Shown: in pieces, positions 31,101 to 37,327 of the stretch
Layout: every line of letters starts with the position of its first letter
Numbering within the stretch: position 1 is the first letter of the stretch
From: Verrucomicrobiia bacterium
GTDB lineage: Bacteria > Omnitrophota > Omnitrophia > Omnitrophales > Aquincolibacteriaceae
Direction of reading: 5' to 3'
Assembly: GCA_035495615.1 (NCBI GenBank)
Contig: DATJFP010000051.1
Location: 364-64,363, forward strand
DNA: 64,000 nt
The notes under the pieces: model-generated
Seen by the model: the letters and a program-made list of their open reading frames with translations, nothing else
Told to the model about the DNA's origin: nothing
Database searches by the model: none
Translations under genes and position numbers: made by a program

Positions 31101-31691
31101 GCTTTGGATGCCGTGGGGAAAAAATCCCTGGAGCAGTTTGCAATGCCTGCCGCCGTTTTTCTGGAGGCGCGCGAGCTGGTCCAGCTGACCCCGGCCCAGT
31201 CGAGCCGGCAATGGGAAGAAATCCTGACGCTCGTCTCCCTGCACAAAGGGCTCGACGTGTACATAACCGGCACGGACCGTTATCCTCTTTCGAACCTGAA
31301 ACTCCCCAAACTCCAGAAACTCCTGGCCGAACATTCGGACCGCCTCCATCTGGGCCTGCACGACCGCGCGAATCTCGCCAAAAAGAAAATTTTCATCCAG
31401 GCGTCTTTTATTTCCGGCGGCACGGCGAAGGACACGGAAAAGCTGCTGGCCTCGCTCAAGCAAAGCTATGGCATCCGCCAAGCCGTGTATGCGCTGGATT
31501 ACGCCCAGGCCGGCGCCTTGCGCGCTTTTCTCGGCATCGCGGAATCTTTCAAAGAAGCCGAGCTCATCCGGCAGATCGGCGAAGCCTACGCGGTCCGCGG
31601 GCCGAACGGGCGCTGGCAGATCGCGCAAACCTACCTGAACTCGGTCTGGACCGAGATGCAGAACCGCTACGCAGTTGCCTGGTCCGCGTAA
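19185..31691 (+). CDS. Giant secreted multidomain protein (4168 aa). It combines a possible Tiki/ChaN-like N-terminal domain, four GNAT acetyltransferase-like modules, four Rossmann SAM-methyltransferase-like modules, a PAS-like module and a ~1300 aa helical C-terminal region.
   Basis: A 12.5 kb open frame in a 64% GC genome. N-terminal signal peptide (MRLLTFCKKTTALFLCASLLLSDGSLYAAA). GNAT Q/R-x-x-G-x-G/A motifs: QREGFGRRLL, QRRQGHALQLL, PGRGQILMNYAL. Rossmann G-x-G-x-G motifs: VAGSGQG, AAGSGQG, EVGAGAGWLG, VAPGYGN. PAS-like stretch VEYVNPAFAKIFGTTAEDIL. Confidence 0.8.
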   Translation: MRLLTFCKKTTALFLCASLLLSDGSLYAAATATPSQELAFRLPKTFAEVQESFRGTSGKTIFYLQDAHDSLEAQRNIARSIRFLVEKYGVRTVFEEGYEGPVPTARYFGFMKDAAARKKVSDFLLDKLRIGGAEYAHINRAHDFRLIGADDLAKYKKNLAAYRESARHQNEVERDLRAISALVEALVQRDFPKPLKDWLKLRDRHEAGQADLLDYVRRAVKMAENPAGAPHLALLAEAPESSEAAAELAAVEPRAIFEELGTLEQAIAAPFLKTPRDLELFRYREALHLLLRLNRRDVTSSEYEASQQTLADLDTQKLAGFLARETGKSLALSRAWEKSLRTASLFYETALERDGAVEAALSKFLREPGENAAVLVYGGFHKDNILAILKKLGVSYQVAAPAIPAPDPVHENYYRQLMTLGSLAYERPFMAAGAAAKATRAPSSFVEPFGEAVIGGLYRAASRNPRVSAELLDRVLETSGKSELRRLDDFKLKRLTYIDLEGAEMDELLGIYQHIRESMEASGYEALEEFGDDSRFLHVVESLKETSYGITNGEGNLVGFVLNNPYPAAGDAYLGIELIGIDPEYQREGFGRRLLAMSQVLGRKLGKKALAIDVDPQNLPMIRLALGFGFHFVDRNWRRRRYAGMIKNIPPLNGHDSKAGRAELRTGADAPVQPNIPRAERAELRRLNEAHTAAVVSISDLDDDETDGLLGVYQGIRENMLRQGFEPYQEFQDDEMFVSEMERLEEASFAVTDQDGNMAGFILNDPEPDVGEQYLEVELMGVDPGQRRQGHALQLLAASQSLARRWGKTALWLEVEASNTSAIRLYKGFGFKTAGRGEESGYIVMKKYLRHHAHGQREDRFRAELRSIYEPWLLKLAADARVGVRDFESTGKGFLKMTAQPFADGVVAAFPADARGKVFVAGSGQGLFEVKLAKERPGLSIFGVEYDLGLLGDSQRIAAKAQEQKIINPGQVIFQGGDFNGAEFGARIAEADYVYYYDGGTKKPDDLAETLIRSMKPGARLIVFGSQRWEPDFVDALRRSGSFKLETDDRPVYVLLREDQPWKTENRAELRSGVPQWLEELMREKGIALRADESTEAGILVPTAGQAAAQVISAVPEKTKLNIFAAGSGQGIFELQLAKERPDAEIFGVEYHLGALGESQALAEEAEKRNLIKPGQVQFAGGNFNKPDFAGRIAQADIVYYFDQGTKFPEEFAETLQRSMKAGARLIVLAAGSREPHLLDALRRSLAFETESAAHPVYVLRRLEAEGDAAQGRALLRQWMKNAPALLERPALGAVVALPPAGTKLDADPARHELMMTALVERLVEIYRGNFPDASPEERTPEHWRKQLEDPDLRLLLKVDTQGRIEGMLVAQNWGVERPTLMLKTVAVTFEEQLKKKGAMLLDAFLREVHAAGLAADIWWLTNFRVISLYKTYLSRRGIPFRFDDYNKFEVSVKDLRDFVKSSRFPPPKQPGDVEARLAKRVQIWEKTYTLAHVVRALEHRSGQWRLGPAMFEELGEEDKVLVLAALSGETRRRLDFNLLIQESWDDAIAQAGGDAGKALTARENGAALRKLLSTQVFEVGKRFDATGIENGFDDLAQIMLEGKVRSDHHGSLIGHAQFGDTASGLHGPLYVVFKKRTADETWRERDNHLYYLVPEWSDARAYVILLQKAAARHLILPELAASIAQKIITYRQFVDRNSELRSADRRLSLEEILGPEHVQIMDRFFAEGYWIELEGAGRERKVLVHHRDPSKFRAYQEPPGKYSLVEAENGTAQLSGIYPGLPQNTQFGRIFIALSLLMLYGDREARKIFEIHAIQSKTLAGSLQKLGAFGTASIYPAAAHGAYADVAIRGSVPLIDEAGAAEIRRRNDRNKSAGEQQHPELRGLEEVRAYLDSRPHAVWYASYDEAGQESVEYVNPAFAKIFGTTAEDILAKKTYAAINPPGAPIDKYKADDRKAMKRGLFAAREGEPAVTVVKIKMGKGVLGMFTPAASKGKLSFKNLEPELAETLREFNYTSGTFLTRREKKMIEHSYHNGFLRQGDVPSRPLWLFGEHEAVMPFVASQFGESEVPVVAPELYRDKRVLVAPGYGNLPFLVRMLGAREVVAVDSDPVTIAWQKLKWKTGGRDAMQWLFTYEHSGSIPRMHHRGTWYARLNRPQAADVMTGLSFYTDNVLKPLGRGKFDLIVTPYLFGFPGGLDMEELANQALDNFRESLAEGGRILILPGKIESAQIAESRSKDIFQHYQEWLEGLKAKGWDVQYSEAYPFYDFSQGNVQGRYAILTPPKSELRAAQTALELKGFDDRAPLWAFLMAFGIDPARARVKPLEDKWGRVEVAQDAVFGVPAGKPLQDAVYESAMGIFGEREIEPLLEKNGHSKETALNYLYLLTYENKPAALVWAIPGAPFSPIPFYSFTVQSQASFWQSPGGGQAQTFADARLEEFIRRHHKKDYGKNPVLQGGIPLDAANNGIRGIPWLQLREFKNGVVLPTVFTLDHDSTQDLWTFVQRVESLGIVSLAGKTVSEVGAGAGWLGAQAASRGAQAALYDLTLIKAASAWLTAKRNGVADNVSSFRSKDASILPPSDLYLWNIPDFSNQAPDLSKGGPMTQNDNIDVNNRVRPEDVEKVFREVRAKAKPDSLFAVRINTKDKSAFRHLARAAGWEIHPRELDIDTKDLAGGLYFVLQPSRPEPKDIRAVLRQAKSVEDYAGLGRMVDVEEVLRLLPLEEERQALGSALFEVSKTAFEMDVDEDFVPVPLVSDASARRFFFVDDTGSITGYVKFRVKEGEAFLDDIETLKITDRKPGRGQILMNYALRQMRKEGFGRVILYPTEKAMPFYDTYAQARGLVFGLVDPLHDRYKFFIDFSGAPDTALQKIVLKESGHPELRAVPDETLASMLSAAFEQAFLGHQAFLAPEDERRFEAMPDIEVGEEEEFPRFPFRFNGPDTVRVSRSFLQMLQNPAGAGLMPGPEWLRETASVIEKRRANPLSEYVYNTVFMEALNAWRRATGREVPEMEIIEIDPGQFPPSEPAGQRKVPASEDLVSGVDAMVARVNKLAAEAAAEIGSGTVTAYYDGSEAGAVRVRGGKVPEGMTLGWKTALFVGEEIAGSGQTDRLPEADEFLRVTREGSAIKVELVKSELRSTNGESETEIETYELKRRSAPEDDFAKVTLFKDASGVIQEAYLTFAERKVEAVVKQKTVQAKEVRWIKMDIEKKQAVNFVRLKNAKNEVIETRQFPHKDLQPDYFADIQDAVLALSDQIDELKARRVDGDDQSPEALSLEESLQALVHVRRLVGNVFRAAPAPDFVSITLGPHREIKVRLIQDEAAGELRAVFPFSEEPEHHEQHQFVITINPHAQPAVAIHMYVRRVHEGELIDALDVRPGPGEPAHADTGFSFEDPEAEEDQDYELSMSDIQMALEDWFESLPAEQQTPFLRERIFETLASLFKESEDAAPSRTLAEHAALYAPAFELMSAAGRKEQIVRELRLIGNRAKALSARAKKYEWLENLSLVAFLLSVRLEEASVNFTSRHPEILEVTVGFFEQFGEVFPALTEDSTLLGRLSKNPGQEYELLIQLAEVLRNELRAEDLDEGTLHKWIKGNYVGDLAAWIRDPNAAPEVRLDRARRYLIGAGLIPHHGAVLSAVAAETGQHVENYVYRMNEEIFDRLETMAREKKGYVPGVIYFNDEGLLRNFSAPLAALPEVHSELAQRFFGVEGIKLLREVLPPQSEEHWWNTLGTLENPEGMRQWILDTLVPSLREANRRKFRPELRSAKSETAEADFEASVRKFASLVRRDTILALGENPDDEKSMLECPMCAMATPLINNLAAEFFKNDPAVKVESWGGLVRQAGSEGQANPPSFFHFWTEIEREGKRFYVSVMDGQMGVREWALGPNVTELPAGDGKYEFLKSSGWRIVMAEKQDMMRIYRFVARLSNLQHFEDAGSPLHSAEAVRDHLGRMASLLIKEGIFQGKTELRTARNKALDAVGKKSLEQFAMPAAVFLEARELVQLTPAQSSRQWEEILTLVSLHKGLDVYITGTDRYPLSNLKLPKLQKLLAEHSDRLHLGLHDRANLAKKKIFIQASFISGGTAKDTEKLLASLKQSYGIRQAVYALDYAQAGALRAFLGIAESFKEAELIRQIGEAYAVRGPNGRWQIAQTYLNSVWTEMQNRYAVAWSA

Positions 31692-31709
31692 CGCGGCTAC
31701 AATACGCCC

Positions 31710-32225
31710 ATGCTCGAAGGGCGCCTAAAATTCCTGCCGGATCTTCTGCGGGCCGTGCTTTTCTGTGCCGCCTTTTTGATGGCGGGCTCGATTCTGTACA
31801 CGGCCAGTTACTGCCAATCCGTCCTCGCGCATGACCTCCAGAAGTACGGCGTCCTGGTCCGCGGCGGGCAAGAGGATGCGGCGCCGAGAGTCGCGGCCTT
31901 CAAAGAAAAATTCCCCAACCGCTTCAACGATTCCCTGGAACTCCTGAGGCCCGAAGAAGTGCTGCATCACGCCACCTGGACCGTGATCGGCCGCTACGGC
32001 CTGATGCGCAGCCGCCCGCTCCTTTCTTATTATGAAAAGGACCTGGGCTTCGAACGCTACATGACGGGCGAACTCGCCGCGTTTACGCGGATCGATCTCT
32101 ACAAGCTGAAGAAACTGAAATCCAAGAAAGATTCCGTGCGGCTGATGGCCTATGCGGCGTACTTCCTCGCGGTGCTGGCCCCGGCCTATTATCTCTCCCG
32201 CGTCATCCCGCGCCTGAAATTCTGA
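31710..32225 (+). CDS. Hypothetical membrane protein immediately downstream of the giant gene
   Basis: Starts 19 nt after the giant ORF stop. N-terminal and C-terminal TM helices (AVLFCAAFLMAGSILY and AAYFLAVLAPAYYL). Confidence 0.55.
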   Translation: MLEGRLKFLPDLLRAVLFCAAFLMAGSILYTASYCQSVLAHDLQKYGVLVRGGQEDAAPRVAAFKEKFPNRFNDSLELLRPEEVLHHATWTVIGRYGLMRSRPLLSYYEKDLGFERYMTGELAAFTRIDLYKLKKLKSKKDSVRLMAYAAYFLAVLAPAYYLSRVIPRLKF

Positions 32226-32625
32226 AACTTCCTTCCTCGAAATTTTCCGCGAGACCTCCGCGAGGCCTCCGTGATTGTTTCTCCGGATTTGCGCGGGTAT
32301 TCTTGCGGCAGATCACAGAAAGCAAAAAATGAAACAAGGAGAGTGCAGCATGGGACAGGCGTGTGTCGTGGAACCGGAAGAGAACGTCTTCATCGAATAT
32401 CCAAGGACGGAAGTCATCGTCATTTTCAAAACCACGGTTTTGCCCGCGGTCGTGGTCCCGAAAAAAAGTCCCGGCCGGGTTTTCCTGAAAGCCTGCCTGG
32501 CGGGACTGCGCCTTGCGGCCGGGATTTTCTGGCTGGTTTTCATGGGCGGCTTTCTCGCGGCGGCGGGGGAGTTTCTCCTGGGGGAATCCAAGCCGCGCCC
32601 TGAAAAATCTTTTTTTGCCCTTGAG

Positions 32626-32645
32626 TACCATAAATTTTTATGGTA
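32626..32645. promoter_or_regulatory. Candidate LexA operator: TACCAT-AAATTTTT-ATGGTA
   Basis: Perfect 6-bp inverted arms with an 8-nt A/T spacer, 12 nt upstream of the lexA ATG. The position is consistent with autoregulation. Confidence 0.45.
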
Positions 32646-32657
32646 TATGAGTGCGGT

Positions 32658-33284
32658 ATGGAAAAGAAACCCCTGACCGATAACCAGCGCAAGGTGCTGG
32701 AATACCTGCTTAAGACCAAGGCGCAAAGGCATAACTTTCCTTCGCTCCATGAAGTGCAGGCGCATTTCGGGTTCAAAGCCGTGGGCACGGTCCAGGATTA
32801 TCTCTCCGCGCTCCAGCGCAAGGGCTACATCCGCAGGACGGCCAAGGCCCGCGACATCGAGGTGCTGGACTCGGACGGCATGGACATGGCGCCCGAAGGC
32901 CTGGTCCGGCTTCCGATCGTGGGACAGGTGGCCGCGGGAACGCCGATCCTGGCCGAGGAAAATATCGAAGGGCATTTCCTGGTGGACCGGGAGGCCGCGG
33001 TAAAAAACAGTTTCCTGCTGCGGGTCCGCGGAGACAGCATGACCGGCGCGCACATTCTAGACCGGGACCTGGTGGTGGTCCGGCCCCAGAAGGTCTGCGA
33101 AAACGGCGAGATCGCGGTGTGTCTCGTGGAAGGAGAAGCCACGGTGAAACGTTTTTACCGCCGGGCCGCGCACATCGAGCTCAAAGCCGAAAATCCGGCG
33201 TACCAACCGATCCTCGTCAAGCCGCAGCAGAAATTTTCGCTGGTCGGGAAAGTCTGCGGCGTTATTCGTCTGAACATGTTTTGA
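32658..33284 (+). CDS. lexA: LexA repressor (S24 peptidase)
   Basis: N-terminal wHTH (LTDNQRKVLEYL...GYIRR). Cleavage-site region VAAG. Catalytic GDSM Ser and a downstream Lys in VKRFY. Confidence 0.9.
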   Translation: MEKKPLTDNQRKVLEYLLKTKAQRHNFPSLHEVQAHFGFKAVGTVQDYLSALQRKGYIRRTAKARDIEVLDSDGMDMAPEGLVRLPIVGQVAAGTPILAEENIEGHFLVDREAAVKNSFLLRVRGDSMTGAHILDRDLVVVRPQKVCENGEIAVCLVEGEATVKRFYRRAAHIELKAENPAYQPILVKPQQKFSLVGKVCGVIRLNMF

Positions 33285-33370
33285 AATAAGATTAGTGGAA
33301 ACAGCCCCTCGCGGTTTTCCGTACCGCCAGAAGCTACCCCGAAGCTGGTCTCGCAACTAAAGGCCATCCC

Positions 33371-33952
33371 ATGGATCTGGCGCTTCTGAAAAATCTCGGC
33401 GTTCATGAAAAGGTCGTCCGTGCTCTGGAAAAAACAGCGGGCGAAAAATTCGAAGTCCTCGAAATCGAACAAAGCGCCTCCAGCCTCAGGCTCATCCTCC
33501 GCTGCCGCCCGGAAGCGGGAGTGAAACCCCACATCCTTACGCTCCGCGATTTTGTGCCTGTTCCGGCCGCGGGAACGGCCGAGCCCGAAGCGGCTTACGC
33601 GGCCGGGCGGCGGGAACATTATTTGTGCGCGGACCGCCTTCATCTGTTTCCCCAGCCCGGGTCCGGGCAGGCCAACCTTGCGATCAATGGACAAAAGTTC
33701 CGGATGGGTGAATCGCTTTTCCGGCTGCTCTTTCATCTGGCCCGGGAAATGAAAAGTAATGGAAGCGGGTGGATTTCGATCCAGGACCTGCGGCAGGCGC
33801 GCTGCATTCCCTCCGACGGGTATCAGGCGTTCAGCCGCCTGCGGAGCGTGGTGGCGGGGTATCTGCTGAAGAAGAACCCGAGGGAATTCCTGGAGGCGAA
33901 CGGCGGCAAACAGTACCGCGTTTCGCTGCCGCCGGAAAACATCGATTTCTGA
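33371..33952 (+). CDS. Hypothetical protein
   Basis: 193 aa. No recognised motif. Balanced composition. Confidence 0.5.
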   Translation: MDLALLKNLGVHEKVVRALEKTAGEKFEVLEIEQSASSLRLILRCRPEAGVKPHILTLRDFVPVPAAGTAEPEAAYAAGRREHYLCADRLHLFPQPGSGQANLAINGQKFRMGESLFRLLFHLAREMKSNGSGWISIQDLRQARCIPSDGYQAFSRLRSVVAGYLLKKNPREFLEANGGKQYRVSLPPENIDF

Positions 33953-33958
33953 AACGGC

Positions 33959-34729
33959 TTAGAACTTCAAAGGAACGCCGTTTTCAAAGGCGAGCAATTC
34001 TCCCGGCTTCATGGGAGTCCAGGTCTCGTTATCGGTCAGGGGAGCGGTCGCAATAATGGAGACGCGGTCCGTGGGACGCGCCAGCGCCTGGAAATCGACA
34101 GACAGGTCCTGGTCGATGAGGTGCGCGGAAGAAAAGGGAGACTGGCGTACCACGTAACAGAGATTATTCGACGAATGCGCGAAAAAGAAATTTCCATCCG
34201 AGAGCAGGTAGTTGAAAATCCCGTGGGCCGCGATGCTCTGGGTGATTTCCTTTAATACGGCGTGCACTTCCCGCACCGTGGCGCCTCCCGCGGGAAAAGC
34301 GGTGCGGAGCGCGTCCAGGATCAGGCAAAAGGCCCTCTCGCTGTCGGTCTGTCCCACGGGTTTGTAAAAGCGGCAGTCTCCGGCATGAAGGCCCGGCACG
34401 TCGCCGTTATGCGCGAAGACCCAGTAACGCCCCCAGAGTTCGCGCTGAAACGGATGGCAATTCTCGATCGCGACCGGGCCCACGCTCGCACGGCGGATGT
34501 GCGCGATCACGTGAGTCGCATGGATGGGATAACGCAGCACGAGATCGGCGATGGGAGAGTAAATGGAAGGGCGGTTGTCCAGGAAAAGCCGGCAGCCGGT
34601 GCCTTCGAAAAAGGCAATGCCCCAGCCGTCCTGGTGGTTGTCCGTTCTCCCGCCGCGGGCGGCAAATCCCTGGAACGAAAAACAAATGTCCGTGGGATAG
34701 TTACAATTCATTCCCAGCAATTGGCACAT
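33959..34729 (-). CDS. Class II (Ntn) glutamine amidotransferase, YafJ-like
   Basis: MCQLLGMN N-terminus with the nucleophile Cys after the initiator Met. GWGIAFF and HIRRAS motifs. Confidence 0.8.
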   Translation of the reverse strand: MCQLLGMNCNYPTDICFSFQGFAARGGRTDNHQDGWGIAFFEGTGCRLFLDNRPSIYSPIADLVLRYPIHATHVIAHIRRASVGPVAIENCHPFQRELWGRYWVFAHNGDVPGLHAGDCRFYKPVGQTDSERAFCLILDALRTAFPAGGATVREVHAVLKEITQSIAAHGIFNYLLSDGNFFFAHSSNNLCYVVRQSPFSSAHLIDQDLSVDFQALARPTDRVSIIATAPLTDNETWTPMKPGELLAFENGVPLKF

Positions 34730-34799
34730 GAGGATTCTCCAATCCATTATATTCCGCGGGGGGAGTTAGGGCACGGAAATTTCCCGCGCCCGTAAGGAA

Positions 34800-35555
34800 T
34801 CAGATCCGGACGGGCGGGTCTTCGTAGGGATCGATCGAGTACTCGTTCCCATCCTGCGTGTGGATGATGATCAGGATGGAGCGCATCGGCGGCTCCTCAT
34901 TGCTGTGCGGCGAGAGAATGGAGATTTCGAGGGTGATGCTGCAGCCTTCGTTGTTGACCAAATTTCTCATGCTCGGGGGCAAGTCATTGAGCCACTGCGC
35001 GTCACCCTGCTGGATCGTATAAGCCCAAACGCCCAAGTGCTGGGCGCCGTCGCCGGCATCGTTTTCCAGTTCCGTGCCTTCTCTCTGGACATCCGTGAAC
35101 CATTGGTCGCGGTTCGCATCCGTAATCTCTTCGTCCCACCACCAGTCATAGACGATACGTTCCAGGCGCGTGTACACGGGATCGGCCGGCGGTTCCTGCG
35201 CGCTGATGCTGATGCCGGGCATCGACGCTTCTTCGCTCGGTCCGGTTTGCATGGACACGCTGGCGGAAGGCGAGGGGCCGGGCTCATTCGCGTCTTCAGG
35301 AATGCTTTCTTCAGAAGAAGAGGGTTCGGGAACCGCCTGGTAAAGCACCGGCGCTTCGTCCTGGAATTCTTCGGGCGCCTCGGCCTGGGAAGGCACGGGC
35401 TGCGCCGAGGCTTCCGCTTCCGGCGCGTTTGTCACTTCCGTCACGGGAATATTTTTTTCCGGCTCGGGATATGGAGCGGGAGCCGCGCCGGCTGCAGGAA
35501 GTCCGGCCAGAAAAAATGCCGCCAGAATCAGGACGAAAGGGAGTTGCCGTTCCAT
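34800..35555 (-). CDS. Secreted protein with an acidic Pro/Glu-rich low-complexity region (hypothetical)
   Basis: AAAGGAG SD before the ATG at 35555. Signal peptide LPFVLILAAFFLAGLPAAGAA. C-terminal Trp-rich domain (YDWWWDEE). Confidence 0.55.
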   Translation of the reverse strand: MERQLPFVLILAAFFLAGLPAAGAAPAPYPEPEKNIPVTEVTNAPEAEASAQPVPSQAEAPEEFQDEAPVLYQAVPEPSSSEESIPEDANEPGPSPSASVSMQTGPSEEASMPGISISAQEPPADPVYTRLERIVYDWWWDEEITDANRDQWFTDVQREGTELENDAGDGAQHLGVWAYTIQQGDAQWLNDLPPSMRNLVNNEGCSITLEISILSPHSNEEPPMRSILIIIHTQDGNEYSIDPYEDPPVRI

Positions 35556-35736
35556 GGAGTCTCCTTTTTGCACTCCCTTAGAAAGTACCTCCCGCGCGGG
35601 ATAAAAACAAGCAGGGCCAAATTTCACTTCGCCTTTCAGGGGGCATTTGTAGTAAAATTCCTTTAACCCCACCGCTTTTTGCCGACAAAGCTCCAAGGCG
35701 CAGCCCATTGCGGAATTTTCGAATCGAAAGGATTTC

Positions 35737-36642
35737 ATGGCAGCTTTTCTCTCCATCCTGTTATCGGTCGTCCTCGTGCCGGCTTCCGGAATTTACAATA
35801 CTTACGTTTTCCAGAACATGCAAAAGGACGTGCCCGCCGCGATCTCAGGACCCAACGCCCCGATCCGCGATTATGCGAGGCCGATTCTTCTGAAAGGCAA
35901 CGGCAAAAAAGCCGTACTCATGGTCCATGGCTTCAGCGGCGCGCCGTCGGATTTCGGAAACCTGCCAAGGCTGTTCCAGGCCCAGGGCTATGACGTGATC
36001 GTGCCGCTCCTGCCCGGGCACGGGCGCGGCGCGCGCGGCCTGGAAAAAGTGACGGCCGGGGAATGGCTGGAATACGTTTCGAAGCTGTACGGGGAATTGC
36101 GTCCGGCCTACGGCGAGCTCATCGTGATCGGCCTGTCCATGGGCGCTTCGATGACCGTGGCTGTTTCGGTCCAATTCGCCAAAACGCCGCCTGACAAAAT
36201 CATCCTGATGGCGCCGTTTTTCAAAGTACGGCAGGAATGGTATTACCTTCTGCCTGTCGAAACCTACAACGACATTCTCGAAGGCTACGTGCCGTACCTG
36301 CAAAGCCTTCCCGGACAAACCGCGGTCTGCAAGGAAAGCGCGAGCGCGAAGACGTTCGTGCCGCGCCAGTACGTGGCCACGCATGCCTCCAGCGAGGCTT
36401 TCAAGGTCGCGAAGATCGCGCGCCGGTCCGTCAAAAGTTTTTCCCGCCTCAAGATCCCCGTGCTCGTGCTCCAAAGCAGGCACGACCGCGTGACCGACTA
36501 TGAGACAACCCGCCGCATCGTGGCGTCCCTGGATCCTTCCGTTACGAGGTTTGTGACGCTTACGCGCGCCAATCACGTGCTGCCGCGCGACTGCGAAGCC
36601 TCGGTGATCGAACAGGACATCATGGAATTCGCCGCGGCCTAA
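35737..36642 (+). CDS. Alpha/beta hydrolase (esterase/lipase-like)
   Basis: VLMVHGFSGAP, nucleophile elbow GLSMGAS, C-terminal His region. N-terminal TM/signal segment. Confidence 0.7.
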   Translation: MAAFLSILLSVVLVPASGIYNTYVFQNMQKDVPAAISGPNAPIRDYARPILLKGNGKKAVLMVHGFSGAPSDFGNLPRLFQAQGYDVIVPLLPGHGRGARGLEKVTAGEWLEYVSKLYGELRPAYGELIVIGLSMGASMTVAVSVQFAKTPPDKIILMAPFFKVRQEWYYLLPVETYNDILEGYVPYLQSLPGQTAVCKESASAKTFVPRQYVATHASSEAFKVAKIARRSVKSFSRLKIPVLVLQSRHDRVTDYETTRRIVASLDPSVTRFVTLTRANHVLPRDCEASVIEQDIMEFAAA

Positions 36643-36676
36643 TTTTCCCTTCCCTGAAATAAATCTTGACCCCGGC

Positions 36677-37327
36677 ATGCCTGCGCCTAAAATCGAATTT
36701 GTGCGGACCATCCTGAAAAATAAATTCTGGCTTGGGGCGGCGTTATTCGCGATGGCGGCGCAGCTTCCGCTTCTCGCGGCCACGTTTGAGCTGAAGGACG
36801 GCACGCATTACGAAGGCGCGCTTGTGGCGCAGGACGCGGCGGGTATCGTCGTGGAAACGCAGCAGGGCATGGTGAACCTGCGCAAAGCGGACTTGAAGCA
36901 GCTGCCGCCGGACGTCCAGCCGGATCCCGCGGCCATGCCGCAGGAAACCGAGCGCGTCGGGCCCGGCGCGTCTCCGCTGCAGGAGCCCGGGCAAGTCGAA
37001 AAGTTTTTTCGGTGGAATCCGCTCACGCGGTGGATGATTCTGTGGGTCGACGAAACCGCGGCCAAGTCCGAGCTCCGGAACATCAGCAATGCCATCGCGG
37101 TCTTCGAAGCCGACCGCGGCAAGATGCCGAAAAATTTCGGCGACCTGCACAAGGCCGGCCTGCTCGAGCCCCGGCCGCTGTCGCCGCTTTATCATTATGA
37201 ATTTGAACCCACGTCGAAAGGGGTCCGGATTACAGCCCGGCCCGCGGAGGAAAACGACGGGCATCATCCGATCATGATGGATGAGTCCGGCGTTTTTATT
37301 GTGGAATCCGAAGGAGGAAAATCATGA
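36677..37327 (+). CDS. Hypothetical secreted protein with a pseudopilin (GspG)-like C-terminal segment
   Basis: Signal peptide. ELRNISNAIAVFEADRGKMPKNFGDL resembles the GspG/type IV pilin globular-domain motif, but there is no prepilin N-terminus. Confidence 0.4.
   Translation: MPAPKIEFVRTILKNKFWLGAALFAMAAQLPLLAATFELKDGTHYEGALVAQDAAGIVVETQQGMVNLRKADLKQLPPDVQPDPAAMPQETERVGPGASPLQEPGQVEKFFRWNPLTRWMILWVDETAAKSELRNISNAIAVFEADRGKMPKNFGDLHKAGLLEPRPLSPLYHYEFEPTSKGVRITARPAEENDGHHPIMMDESGVFIVESEGGKS

Noticed and set aside
32275-32676. 133-aa plus-strand ORF overlapping the lexA promoter and operator
   Set aside because: Weak SD. It runs through the LexA operator and lexA start. It might be a small membrane protein from ATG 32329, but I cannot support it.
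32313-33356. Minus-strand ORFs antisense to lexA (32313-33053, 33057-33356, 33155-33736)
   Set aside because: Shadows of the lexA and downstream gene.
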